Source of the DNA: Candidatus Caldarchaeum sp.
GTDB taxonomy: Archaea > Thermoproteota > Nitrososphaeria_A > Caldarchaeales > Caldarchaeaceae
Length of the DNA: 64,000 bases
Direction: 5' to 3'
NCBI GenBank assembly: GCA_038740895.1
Contig: JAVYLK010000002.1
Location: forward strand, 29,842-93,841
The position numbers were made by a program, and so were the translations under genes. Shown here piece after piece: positions 44,722-54,283 of this stretch. How positions within the stretch are numbered: position 1 is the first letter of the stretch; each line of letters opens with the position of its first letter. Below the pieces are notes generated by a model, which saw only the letters and a list, made by a program, of their open reading frames with translations, did not search any database and was not told the DNA's origin.

Positions 44722-45576
44722 ATGCGGAGGCTTCTTTACCTTGTTCAGGGAGCTGCGGCCGGGTTCTTCTTCGGGACGGCTGCTGTCTTCGTCCGCTACC
44801 TCTCTTCCCTAGACGCGTTCACCATAGCTTTCGGAAGGGTTTTGATAGCAGGTCTGGTGATGGTCCTCCTAGGGCTCCTAGTTTACCGGTCCAAGTATGT
44901 TGAAGACGTGTCGAGGAATTGGAGAAAGTATCCTCTTCTTGGATTTTTTCTAGGGCTGCACTTCATCTTCTTCACGCTTGGTGTCCAGAACACCTCAGTC
45001 GTCAACGCCACAACCCTCGTCAACACAACCCCCGCCATGGCCATGGTCTTAGGCTGGGCTTTCAAACAGGTAAAGCCGTCCGGCTTGAACACAGCAGGGT
45101 TGTTGATGACTTTTCTAGGCTCTGCATCGATGACCTTCGGCGAGCTCTCCTACAACCCCCAACAGATCTCCGGCGACGCCTTCGCTCTGGCAGGAGCTCT
45201 GGCGTGGGCTGTCTACCTTGTCGTGGGCAAGAGCGTCAGGGAGGGGGGAAACGTTCTAGCCGCGGCAGGCCCCATCTATCTGTCTGCGGCCGTGGCGACT
45301 GGGCTGGCGGCATTGATTGTCGGCGGACTCAAGCAGCCGAGGGGCGACGAGATACTTCCTCTGCTGGGGCTGGCGTTCTTTCCCACGGTTCTCGGCCACT
45401 CACTCCAATTCTCTTCTCTCAAAAAACTATTCCCTTACGAGGCTTCTGCGCTTGCCTTGCTGGAGCCCATCGTCGCCACCCTCCTAGCCGCCGCAGTCCT
45501 GAACGAAGTCGTCGATCCAGCCTTCTACCTGAGCGCAGCGATAATCATCACAGGTATCTACATGGTTGTAAGATAG
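44722..45576 (+). CDS. EamA/DMT-family transporter (10 TM)
   Basis: 284 aa, two EamA halves. Confidence 0.85.
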   Translation: MRRLLYLVQGAAAGFFFGTAAVFVRYLSSLDAFTIAFGRVLIAGLVMVLLGLLVYRSKYVEDVSRNWRKYPLLGFFLGLHFIFFTLGVQNTSVVNATTLVNTTPAMAMVLGWAFKQVKPSGLNTAGLLMTFLGSASMTFGELSYNPQQISGDAFALAGALAWAVYLVVGKSVREGGNVLAAAGPIYLSAAVATGLAALIVGGLKQPRGDEILPLLGLAFFPTVLGHSLQFSSLKKLFPYEASALALLEPIVATLLAAAVLNEVVDPAFYLSAAIIITGIYMVVR

Positions 45577-46520
45577 TCTAGCAAGGCTTTCGAGACGGCG
45601 GCGTCCTGCACGGCTAGGCCGACGCTCTTGAAAATGGTTATCTCTCGGTCGTCCTCCCTACCAGCCCTCAGCCCCGCCACCACCTCACCGATCTCGGCGT
45701 GAATCTTCGCACTCGTCATCAGGCCTAGCCGTATCGGCTCGAGTATGTCGCCTGCCTCCTCCATCACAGCTTCACGCGAGTCGACGACCAGCTTGGACTT
45801 TGCGGTAAGCTTCGGGTCTATCTCAACCATCTCGGGCGTGTATCCTCCTATCGCAGAGATATGGACCCCCTCCCTAACCCACTCATCCATCACGACAGGA
45901 GTCCTCGACGTCGTGACCGTGATGACTACGTCCGAGGTCTTGACCAGTTCTTCAGCTGAACGAGCCGGCTTGACCGTGAAGCCCTCGCTCCTCATCGAGT
46001 CCACGAAGCTTTTCATCCTGCCGCCATCGACGTCGAAGGCTGTGAACTCGACGCCGGGGTAAACACCGCCAACCACCCGGACCTGCCAGCCGGCTTGGTA
46101 GCCGCAGCCAACAACCCCCACCTTCGAAAAACCTCTACGAGCCAAGTGTTTAATAGAGACTGCGGAAGCCGCTGCTGTCCTGAGGCCTGTAAGCGCCCTG
46201 GCTTCAGCCACCAGCTTGGCGACTCCCGTCTCTGCATCTAGAACGACCACCAAGGCGTTGATCGTCGGCAGCCCTCGAGCCGTGTTCCTAGGATATGCCG
46301 TCACGAGCTTGAGGCTGAAGATGTTCATCGCAGGCACGTAGCACGGCATCAAAAGAATGTCCCCCTCTCTATCCCTGGCCTGGATCCGTGTACGCACAGG
46401 CATCACGACTTGTCTGAGGCTGTAGAGCTTGTAGGCTTGCTCGACAACCTCGACAACCTTCTTGGGTTCCAATAACTTGGCAACATCCTCGTCCGACAGA
46501 TACTTCACAGCATTCTCCAC
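45558..46520 (-). CDS. Ornithine cyclodeaminase/mu-crystallin family protein (archaeal alanine dehydrogenase-like)
   Basis: LTGLRTAAASAVS, VGVVGCGYQA Rossmann, ISAIGG. 320 aa. Confidence 0.85.
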   Translation of the reverse strand: MENAVKYLSDEDVAKLLEPKKVVEVVEQAYKLYSLRQVVMPVRTRIQARDREGDILLMPCYVPAMNIFSLKLVTAYPRNTARGLPTINALVVVLDAETGVAKLVAEARALTGLRTAAASAVSIKHLARRGFSKVGVVGCGYQAGWQVRVVGGVYPGVEFTAFDVDGGRMKSFVDSMRSEGFTVKPARSAEELVKTSDVVITVTTSRTPVVMDEWVREGVHISAIGGYTPEMVEIDPKLTAKSKLVVDSREAVMEEAGDILEPIRLGLMTSAKIHAEIGEVVAGLRAGREDDREITIFKSVGLAVQDAAVSKALLDYLTTM

Positions 46521-46606
46521 GGATTATTTTATGTTTAAGTCTTTCCCATCAACGTCGTAAAATAAAACGCATATTAACAGAAACAAATCCATCCCTGTGG
46601 TGGGGG

Positions 46607-48901
46607 TTGATAGTCGTCCTCATGCTATTGCCGCTGCTGGTCTTCTCAGTAGTGGCGCCGTATCCTCTCCAAGCAGGTCTCGAACTAGTTGACGTGATCA
46701 TAGAAAACAGCCCCAGCCTAGCTGCCTACTCAGCGTTCATCGACGCCGAGGTGGGTGGGATAGCCACGGCTAGGCTGCCTGCCAGGTTGTTGAGGATGCT
46801 CGAGGAGGGTGGTGCGGCGGTCTACAGGCCGAGACTGCTCAGGCCGATGCTGGACGTTAGCATGGCCGAAATAGGTGTAAACCTTCTTGGCAACTTATCC
46901 GGCCTCAACGCTCCATCCGTCGACGGCACCGGGGTCTTGATAGCCTTCGTCGACACGGGGGTCGACTACAAACATCCAGCCTTCAGGTCGAAGAACGGCG
47001 GCAACCGCATCCTGTACATCTGGGACCAGACCGTTGAGGGTAGGAAGCCGGAGGGGTTTGGCTACGGCCATGAATGCCTTCCTAGAGAGATAGCGGAGGG
47101 AGCATGTCCGCAGAGGGATAATTCGGGGCATGGCACGGTGATAGCCTCCATCGCTGCTGGAGAGTCTTTCGGCGAGCCGGGCCGCCGGGGTGTTGCGCCT
47201 GGAGCCGAGCTTATCGTGGTCAAGAGCGGTGGGCCCACATGCCAAGACGGTAGATGGTTCTTCACAGAGAAAGGGTTGATCGATGGCGTTGCGTATGCTG
47301 TTGAGAAGGCTCGTCTACTCGGCAGACGGTTGGTGGTTGTGCTGAGCGTGGGCACGGACATAGGAGGGCATGACGGCAACTCTCCTCTGGAGAAGGCGTT
47401 GGACCGGTGGGCTGAGGAGGGGGTTGTGTTAGCAGTAGCTGCGGGAAACTCCGCCAACGACAGCAGGCATGCGACTGGAGTGCTGACCCCCGGCCGAAAC
47501 ACCACGCTTTCATGGGTGGTTCCTCCGGAAACAACGGAGGCTAGCGTGTCGCTCGTCATCGGCCCAGATGACAGAGTAGAGCTTCAAACAACTTCTCCCA
47601 GAGGTGGTTCAGTAATCTTGAGGGCTAACCAGACCGTCTCCACCGCCGACTTCACCGTCGAGACAACTGTCTGGCGGAGAAACGCCTTAACTGAACTGCT
47701 GCTGGAGTTCAACTTCAGCTCACGACTGACGGGAACCTGGCGGCTTACTGTATCACCCACAACGGTAAGGTCGGGAGTCTGGCACGCGTGGGTCGAGACA
47801 AACACCTGCAGCAACCAGTCGGAGTACTTCATGCCTTCGCCCGAGTACTCGCTTAGCCAGGAAACGACTGTCACAATACCTGGGACCGCTAAGAACGTGC
47901 TCACAGTAGGAGCCTACACAACCCGTGTAAGGTGGCAAGCATCTGGTACAACTTGGAGCATAGACGGAACAGTCGGCGGGCTGGAGTACTACAGCGGCAG
48001 GGGCCCTACGGCGGATGGCAGGGTCAAGCCCGACATAACGGCACCCGGTGGAGTGGTTCTCGCAGCAGGGTCGGCCGATGCTCGTCGTCAGCTGTACAGC
48101 CCGGGCGGGTTGGTGGCCGTCAGCAGGGGAACCAGCATGGCGACGCCTCACGCAGCGGGAGTGGCAGCGCTGATACTTCAGCTAGCCCCCAACCTGACTG
48201 CGAGGCAGGTGATAGATGTGATGAAGGACAACGCCCGGGTTGACGACCATACAGGGCCTGTTCCAGTAGGCGGCTCCAACTCATGGGGTTGGGGAAAGCT
48301 TACAGCCAACATCGCATACGTGGTTCAGGTAGCGGTTTCTGGAGCTGTCAACGAATCCAAGCCTGTTCTCGTCATCGACGGAGCAGGCTCGTACGGCCTA
48401 CAGTCGGCTACCGTAGACATAGTCCTCGTCAGAAACATGCCCACGCAGCTCTCGCTCAAAACTCATCAGACCGAGGACAGCAGGTACACTGCACTTCCTC
48501 AGCAGGTATTTACAGCTGGAGACACGACGAGAGCCTTGTTCACCATACGTGCCGAGCATAGGCTGAGGATTCTCAGCCCGCAGGGCAGTCTGGTCAGGGA
48601 TGTTTGGGGTTTGGAGAACAGCGTGTTCAGGCTGAGCGAGTTGCTGCGTGATGTTCCGCTCGAGGGGGCGGTCGCTGGGTATGTTGTTGACGGGGTTGAG
48701 GCTAGGGGTGATGTGCTGCAGCTTACACGGCCGATGACGGTGGTCTTGATAACGTCCGGCACCAGGCAGGACGGCAACCCCTTGATTCCGGCGACAGGGC
48801 TAGTGTTCACCTCCATCCTAGCGGCCGCCTCGATAATACTGCTCAGGAGGATACGGAGGAAGAGAAACTTCATGAAACAGGCCGCTGCAGCTGCTCCATA
48901 A
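46607..48901 (+). CDS. Subtilisin-like serine protease (S8), membrane anchored
   Basis: Catalytic triad motifs VDTGVDYKHPAF, GHGTVIASIAAG, GTSMATPHAAGVAAL. N-terminal signal and C-terminal TM + RRIRRKR. Confidence 0.9.
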   Translation: MIVVLMLLPLLVFSVVAPYPLQAGLELVDVIIENSPSLAAYSAFIDAEVGGIATARLPARLLRMLEEGGAAVYRPRLLRPMLDVSMAEIGVNLLGNLSGLNAPSVDGTGVLIAFVDTGVDYKHPAFRSKNGGNRILYIWDQTVEGRKPEGFGYGHECLPREIAEGACPQRDNSGHGTVIASIAAGESFGEPGRRGVAPGAELIVVKSGGPTCQDGRWFFTEKGLIDGVAYAVEKARLLGRRLVVVLSVGTDIGGHDGNSPLEKALDRWAEEGVVLAVAAGNSANDSRHATGVLTPGRNTTLSWVVPPETTEASVSLVIGPDDRVELQTTSPRGGSVILRANQTVSTADFTVETTVWRRNALTELLLEFNFSSRLTGTWRLTVSPTTVRSGVWHAWVETNTCSNQSEYFMPSPEYSLSQETTVTIPGTAKNVLTVGAYTTRVRWQASGTTWSIDGTVGGLEYYSGRGPTADGRVKPDITAPGGVVLAAGSADARRQLYSPGGLVAVSRGTSMATPHAAGVAALILQLAPNLTARQVIDVMKDNARVDDHTGPVPVGGSNSWGWGKLTANIAYVVQVAVSGAVNESKPVLVIDGAGSYGLQSATVDIVLVRNMPTQLSLKTHQTEDSRYTALPQQVFTAGDTTRALFTIRAEHRLRILSPQGSLVRDVWGLENSVFRLSELLRDVPLEGAVAGYVVDGVEARGDVLQLTRPMTVVLITSGTRQDGNPLIPATGLVFTSILAAASIILLRRIRRKRNFMKQAAAAAP

Positions 48902-49541
48902 CACGGAGAGCAACGCCTTCCGAAACCCTGCACCTGCCCATCTCGCCAACCTCCTCCACAACGAACAAGGGATGATACCTGTCGGCAGGTATCTTCGACG
49001 GCCGTGGGAACCCGGCGAACGCGAGGTCGAGGATCACGTAGCATCCAGCAACTCTCAACCCACATCGTTCAAGAAGACCGACCGCAGCGTTGAGGGTCCT
49101 GGACGACCTCCTTATGTCGTCTATGAGCAAAACGTCTCTAAACCCGGAGACAGCCGACCCATCCAAGTGGAGAACCACGTCCCTGCCCTCCGTCACCGAC
49201 CTCTCGACGACGGACACAGGGCTCTCGAAGACAACCTTGCCCGCCTTGTAAATCGAGAAGTAAGGCTTGTTCAACTCGTAGGAAACAGCCACGCCGTACT
49301 TGGCTCCCGACGTCTCGACTGAGGCAACGGCGTCGAAGACGTAGCCCTTGTTAGCCACATCTAACGAGATACATCTGGCCAAGGCTCTGTACACCTCGGG
49401 GTCGTGGACGATGTTAAGCCAAGATATGCGGAGTATTCTTTCTTCGCCTCTCCTGAAAACTTTAACCGAAGAACCGGTTCGGAGGCCTTCGAGGAGTGTG
49501 GAGAGTGTTTTCAGAAGCCTGTCAGCATCCATAGAAGCCAT
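48870..49541 (-). CDS. Type I phosphoribosyltransferase-fold protein with atypical PRPP loop
   Basis: VLLIDDIRRSSRT where PRTases usually have DD(V/I)xxTGxT. 223 aa with an extra N-terminal ~60 aa. Confidence 0.6.
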   Translation of the reverse strand: MASMDADRLLKTLSTLLEGLRTGSSVKVFRRGEERILRISWLNIVHDPEVYRALARCISLDVANKGYVFDAVASVETSGAKYGVAVSYELNKPYFSIYKAGKVVFESPVSVVERSVTEGRDVVLHLDGSAVSGFRDVLLIDDIRRSSRTLNAAVGLLERCGLRVAGCYVILDLAFAGFPRPSKIPADRYHPLFVVEEVGEMGRCRVSEGVALRVMEQLQRPVS

Positions 49542-49557
49542 GGAGGCTGGTTTCTTA

Positions 49558-50691
49558 TTAGTTTGCCGTGGACAGGGAAACCTTGCTGGCGGGAAGCCTC
49601 GACACCAGAGCAGCTGAAACGAGTGGTAAGAAAGCGACGACCGTGAAGACCGGGGCGTAGCCGTAGACGTCCATCGCGAGCCCTATCATCGGAACCACCA
49701 CGTTGACCATTCCGAACGTGAACCCGTATATAAGGGCCGAAGCAAATCCGAGATTGTTGGGAAGCATGTCGTGGGAGATTGCTACGAGAAGCGGGTGGGC
49801 GGCTAGGGCGACGAGGCCGAAGAGCGAGACGGGCACGAGGACGTACTGAGGCGGGGTTATGGCTGTCAGGTAGGCGAACATCGTTGACGACAGGAGGAGC
49901 ATCATAACCACTCTCCTCTTACCCAATCGGGAGGCCATTACCCCGGCACTAACCATCCCGACAGCACCAGCCAAAAGCATCAACGTAAGGCCTCCGCCGG
50001 CTTGAGCAAGAGCATAGCCCTGAGAAGCTAAGTAGAGAGGCAGGTAGGTGATCATGCTCATCACTGTCACTCCTCTCAGCATGGCTGCGGCGACCAAGAT
50101 GTATATGTACCGGAGGCCCACAGCCCTCACGGCGGCTCCTAACTCCTGCCTTCTCACAGCTTGGTGCTGGAACTGAACCCTTGTCAGCAATAGAGCTGTC
50201 AAAACTGGAAGGACTAGCAGGAGGGAGGTCCCCCTCAAACCTATCGCAGCCACCGCTAGAGAGCAGACTAGAGACCCCAGCGCAAGGCCTAGGTCGCCTC
50301 CCGTCATGAACAGCGAGACTGAAAGAGACCTTTTGCCCGAGACGGAGCTTGCGGAGGTGGCTACGGGGTGGTACAGAGCCGACCCGACTCCTCCCAGCAA
50401 GGCCAAGACGTAGATTAGGAGATAGTCTTCGACGAAGCCGACGGCTGCTACCGCGAAGCCCCCGATCAGCAGGCCTGCCGGCATGAAGGCGTAGACCTGT
50501 CTCCTGTCGTAGATGTAGCCCGTGGCCACTTGTAGGAACGAAGCTGTGATCATGTAGACGGCGGGGATAAGGCCTAGGGCTGCTATGGACAGGTTGTGGT
50601 GCATGGCCAGGACGGGCAGCAGTGGAGGCAGGGCTGAGTAGAGCATGTCGTTGGCCATGTGGCTCATGAACAGCTTCGCCGTCCGGCTCAT
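49558..50691 (-). CDS. MFS transporter
   Basis: 12 TM-like profile. I start at ATG 50691 (MSRTAKLF...), about 30 nt from the TATATA box at 50721-50726. The longest ORF (50814) would overlap the divergent gene. Confidence 0.85.
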   Translation of the reverse strand: MSRTAKLFMSHMANDMLYSALPPLLPVLAMHHNLSIAALGLIPAVYMITASFLQVATGYIYDRRQVYAFMPAGLLIGGFAVAAVGFVEDYLLIYVLALLGGVGSALYHPVATSASSVSGKRSLSVSLFMTGGDLGLALGSLVCSLAVAAIGLRGTSLLLVLPVLTALLLTRVQFQHQAVRRQELGAAVRAVGLRYIYILVAAAMLRGVTVMSMITYLPLYLASQGYALAQAGGGLTLMLLAGAVGMVSAGVMASRLGKRRVVMMLLLSSTMFAYLTAITPPQYVLVPVSLFGLVALAAHPLLVAISHDMLPNNLGFASALIYGFTFGMVNVVVPMIGLAMDVYGYAPVFTVVAFLPLVSAALVSRLPASKVSLSTAN

Positions 50692-50779
50692 CGTGGTCAG
50701 AACCCATGTTAGAACCTCTATATAGGTTCCATCCATGCAAGCGTCTAGCTTAAAACCATCCAAGAGGAAAACACGCCGC

Positions 50780-51916
50780 ATGAACCCGGCGGAGTCTGTG
50801 AAGAACCTGCCCACAGTTTTTCCACCGTCCTACTGGCTGGACAAGAGCGAGAGGGAGGAGTTCCCGGTAGAGTTTTGGCGTGAATGCATGAGGCTTAGGC
50901 TTCCAGGCTTCCTAACTCCTGAGAAGTACGGAGGCCTTGGGCGGAGCCTCGAGGACTTGGTCGACGTGGTCGTCTTCCTCGGCGAGCACGGGTTCGGTAC
51001 AGGGGTTTACCCGCTTCTCAGCAACAACATGTCATCCCTAGTCCTGCTTAACTCGGGAGACGAAAAGCTTGCAGAACTGTTCCTGCCCAAGCTCGCCATG
51101 GGAGAGTACATCATGGGGCTGGCGATAACAGAAAAGACGTCAGGGTCGGACGTCCTGTCAATCACAACCAAAGCCGAGTACAGGAACGGTGTGTACGTCG
51201 TCAACGGCGAGAAGATGTTCGTCAACAACATCGACGCAGCCACACACATGCTCCTCGCAGCCCGAACAACTCCGGCCGACAAAGCCGGAAAGCGGAGTGA
51301 AGGTCTTACGCTCTTCATCCTAGACCTCAAACAGGAGGGCGTGAGCTTCCAGCCTCTACCCAAGACGGGCACGAACTACTACAAGACTGGGATGATGACG
51401 CTGAAGGACGTCGAGATAAGCGGGGAGCGTGTTGTGGGCCCCGTCGGCAGGGGCTGGAAAACGCTGACCGCGGCCCTGAACCCCGACAGAATAGTGTACG
51501 CGGCCTTGGGAGCTGGGTCTGCGCTCTACGCAGTGAAGACAGCTTCAGCCCACGCCGTCGAGAGAGTGGTCTTCGGCAAACCTGTCGGAAGCTATCAGGG
51601 AATACAGCTACCCCTTGCTGAGAACTACACCTTGGCGGAGGCGGCGAGGCTGCTGTGCATCGAGGCGGCTAGGGCCTACGACCGTGGGGAACGAGCCGAC
51701 GTCCTCGCATGTATGGCGAAGTACATGGCTTCGGAGGTTGCTGTGAAATCGCTGACCCACGCCATGCAGGTTTTAGGCGGGTATGGATATTTGAAGGAGA
51801 GGCATCTGGAGAGGGTTTTGAGAGACATGCTGCTGCTCAAGTCGGGGCCGATTACTCAGGAGCTTGCTCTCGCATACGTTGCTGAGAGAGGGCTTATGCT
51901 TCCACGCTCATACTAG
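50780..51916 (+). CDS. Acyl-CoA dehydrogenase
   Basis: GLAITEKTSGSDV, ...QVLGGYGYLKERHLERVLRDMLLLKSGPITQE. Start placed at ATG 50780. Confidence 0.9.
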   Translation: MNPAESVKNLPTVFPPSYWLDKSEREEFPVEFWRECMRLRLPGFLTPEKYGGLGRSLEDLVDVVVFLGEHGFGTGVYPLLSNNMSSLVLLNSGDEKLAELFLPKLAMGEYIMGLAITEKTSGSDVLSITTKAEYRNGVYVVNGEKMFVNNIDAATHMLLAARTTPADKAGKRSEGLTLFILDLKQEGVSFQPLPKTGTNYYKTGMMTLKDVEISGERVVGPVGRGWKTLTAALNPDRIVYAALGAGSALYAVKTASAHAVERVVFGKPVGSYQGIQLPLAENYTLAEAARLLCIEAARAYDRGERADVLACMAKYMASEVAVKSLTHAMQVLGGYGYLKERHLERVLRDMLLLKSGPITQELALAYVAERGLMLPRSY

Positions 51917-52887
51917 ACCTCCAGCACACGGCCCACACCGTCTCTCTCAGCCTTCTTCAACACGGCTGAGGCAAAGTAAAGGTCGAGGGCTGCGAACCCC
52001 ACGGACTTCAGGAGCGTTATGGTTTCCGCATTCCTCCCGACACGCCTACCCTTGACTATCTCGTGCAGCTCCGCAACATTTTCAGGCCTAACCACTCCAG
52101 CGTTGACAGCTGCAATCAAGTCCCCGGCTTCTCTCAGAACCGCCTCTTTTAAGTCGGCTGCGATAGCCCCGGCACGTCTAAACGTCTCGACGTCAAGCTC
52201 ACGCCTCGTAGGCAACACTCCGAGGCTGTTGACGTGAACACCATCAGCCAGCCATGCTCCGGAGAACACAGGCTCAGACGAGTTCGTTGCAGCAAGCACC
52301 ACGTCCACGTTCTCCACAGCCTCCCTAGCCGAGTCAACAGCCCTCGAGTCCATCCCAAGCTCCCTTCCCGCCCTTTCAGCCAGCCGTCTCCTGTTCTGAG
52401 CTGTCGGGCTGTAGACCTTAAGGACCCGTATGTTCCTCACCGCTTTCAAAGCAGCTAACTGAGTCCACGCGATTCTTCCGCTTCCCACCAGCCCAACGCA
52501 TTCGACATTACTCCTAGCCATGTGTTTGGCGCCGACGCCGCCTATTCCACCCGTTCGAAGAGCCGTCATCTGAACCGAGTCGATGAGCCCCATCAGCCTT
52601 CCTGTCTCGAGGTCGAAGAACAAAACCAAGCCGCTGGCCGTCTCGAGCCCGTGCCTTGACGGGTTCTGCCTGTACTCGTTGATGATCTTCACGATGAATC
52701 CCTGATGGTCGAGGCTGTAGGCCGGCATGTTGAGCCAGACGGCGTCTTTCTCGACGACTGGAGAGACGACACGAGGCGGTGCGACGTACTTGCTGGGGCT
52801 GTAGTCCCGGTAAAACTCCTCTACAATCTCGACGGATGTCCTGATGTCAAGCCATTCCTCGAGGTCTCTACCCGTTATCAGCCGCAT
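51913..52887 (-). CDS. Ornithine cyclodeaminase/mu-crystallin family protein (second paralog)
   Basis: MTALRTGGIGGVGAKH, VGLVGSGRIA Rossmann. 324 aa. Confidence 0.85.
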   Translation of the reverse strand: MRLITGRDLEEWLDIRTSVEIVEEFYRDYSPSKYVAPPRVVSPVVEKDAVWLNMPAYSLDHQGFIVKIINEYRQNPSRHGLETASGLVLFFDLETGRLMGLIDSVQMTALRTGGIGGVGAKHMARSNVECVGLVGSGRIAWTQLAALKAVRNIRVLKVYSPTAQNRRRLAERAGRELGMDSRAVDSAREAVENVDVVLAATNSSEPVFSGAWLADGVHVNSLGVLPTRRELDVETFRRAGAIAADLKEAVLREAGDLIAAVNAGVVRPENVAELHEIVKGRRVGRNAETITLLKSVGFAALDLYFASAVLKKAERDGVGRVLEV

Positions 52888-52895
52888 CCAACCAC

Positions 52896-54218
52896 CTAGC
52901 TCCTCATGTCCAAGACCCGCTTGGCCTTCCCCACTTCCTGACGCTGGAGGGTCATGGGCTCCACCAGCTCAACCTCCACCCCCGTCATCAGCGTTTCGTG
53001 GAGGTCTTCCTCAAGCTTTCTCCTCAGCCGGTTCAAGTCAGCCTGCTTGACGTCTCTGCTCAGCTCGGCCACAACCCTGACCCTGTCCCGGCCGTCCTCA
53101 CGCGAGACGATGATCTGATACTCGACGCCCAGCTCGGGATACTTGAGCAAAACCGTCTCGACGGCGCTTGGCCAGATGGACACGCCCGAGACCTTAATCA
53201 TGTCGTCCACCCTTCCGCTTATGTATCCAATACGCCTGTGCGTCCTCCCGCAGTCGCATGAGGTCGAGTCATACGAGTACGAGATGTCTCTGCACCTGTA
53301 CCTTAGGACGGGCGAAGCTTCCTTCGTCAACGTAGTGAAGACGAGCTCCCCTCTCTCCTCGGGCTCAACAGACTCCCCTGTCTTGGGGTCTACAACCTCG
53401 GCGTAGAAATGATCCTCCCAGAGATGCAGCCCGTCGTGAAAATGGCAGTCGTTGGCCACCCCAGGCCCGCAAAGCTCCGTGAACCCGTAGATGTCGTAAA
53501 CATCCATGTCCCACGCCTCGGCAACCCGCTTCTTCATCTCCTTCGTCCACATCTCCGAGCCGAAGACGCCCTTCCTAACCTGCGTATCCCTCCTCGGGTC
53601 GACGCCCATCTCAAGAGCGGTCTCCGTGAGCCTCAGAGCGTAGGAGACGACTGCGCAGACCATCGTAGTGCCGAAATCAATCATGTACTGTATCTGGCGT
53701 CTGCTGAACCCTGCGCCCGTCGGAACCACCATCGCACCAACACGCCTGGCTCCGTAGTAAAACCCGAACCCGCCTGTGAACATTCCGAAGCTTGGCGTGA
53801 TCTGGAGAATGTCTTTCTTCGTCAGCCCCGACATCGTAAGGGAGCGGGCTGCGACCTCCCCCCACACATCTATGTCGTTCTGCGTGTAGAAACCCAGCGT
53901 CGGAACCCCCGTAGTCCCCGACGTGGCATGCACCTCCAAGATCTCAGTCCTCGGAACGGCGAGGATGCCGTAGGGGTAGAGGGAGCGGAGGTCGTCCTTG
54001 GTCGTGAACGGAAGCTTACGCAGGTCGCTGGCTGTCTTGACGTCGTCTGGGCTGACCCCTGCGCTGTCGAGCCTTCTACGGTAAAAAAGGTTGTTCTCGT
54101 ATGCATGCTTCACAGTCCATCTGAGCCTCTGGTCTCTTAATGCTTCAATCTCCCGCCTAGGCATAGTCTCCAACTGCCTGCTGAAGAACCGGGCCTCCTT
54201 CATAACTCCAAACGCCAC
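52896..54218 (-). CDS. paaK: Phenylacetate-CoA ligase-like adenylating enzyme (PaaK / F390 synthetase family)
   Basis: EIEALRDQRLRWTVKHAYENNLFYRRRLD...LPFTTKDDLR, ATSGTTGVPT, YGFTE. 440 aa. Confidence 0.88.
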   Translation of the reverse strand: MAFGVMKEARFFSRQLETMPRREIEALRDQRLRWTVKHAYENNLFYRRRLDSAGVSPDDVKTASDLRKLPFTTKDDLRSLYPYGILAVPRTEILEVHATSGTTGVPTLGFYTQNDIDVWGEVAARSLTMSGLTKKDILQITPSFGMFTGGFGFYYGARRVGAMVVPTGAGFSRRQIQYMIDFGTTMVCAVVSYALRLTETALEMGVDPRRDTQVRKGVFGSEMWTKEMKKRVAEAWDMDVYDIYGFTELCGPGVANDCHFHDGLHLWEDHFYAEVVDPKTGESVEPEERGELVFTTLTKEASPVLRYRCRDISYSYDSTSCDCGRTHRRIGYISGRVDDMIKVSGVSIWPSAVETVLLKYPELGVEYQIIVSREDGRDRVRVVAELSRDVKQADLNRLRRKLEEDLHETLMTGVEVELVEPMTLQRQEVGKAKRVLDMRS

Positions 54219-54283
54219 ATTCAGGCTAAATAACTTTACTAACGTCGACCCCCTGATGTAAACTATAAAGATACCTCGTAGCG

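Noticed and set aside
49949-50740. 263-aa ORF antisense to the MFS transporter, and similar long shadow ORFs at 37934-38833, 53409-54140, 56071-56739, 44919-45581, 40828-42019, 25619-26206 and 13247-13897
   Set aside because: All lie opposite or out of frame with genes that have strong family signatures. Their Arg/Pro/Ser/Gly-rich translations are typical of shadow ORFs in high-GC DNA.
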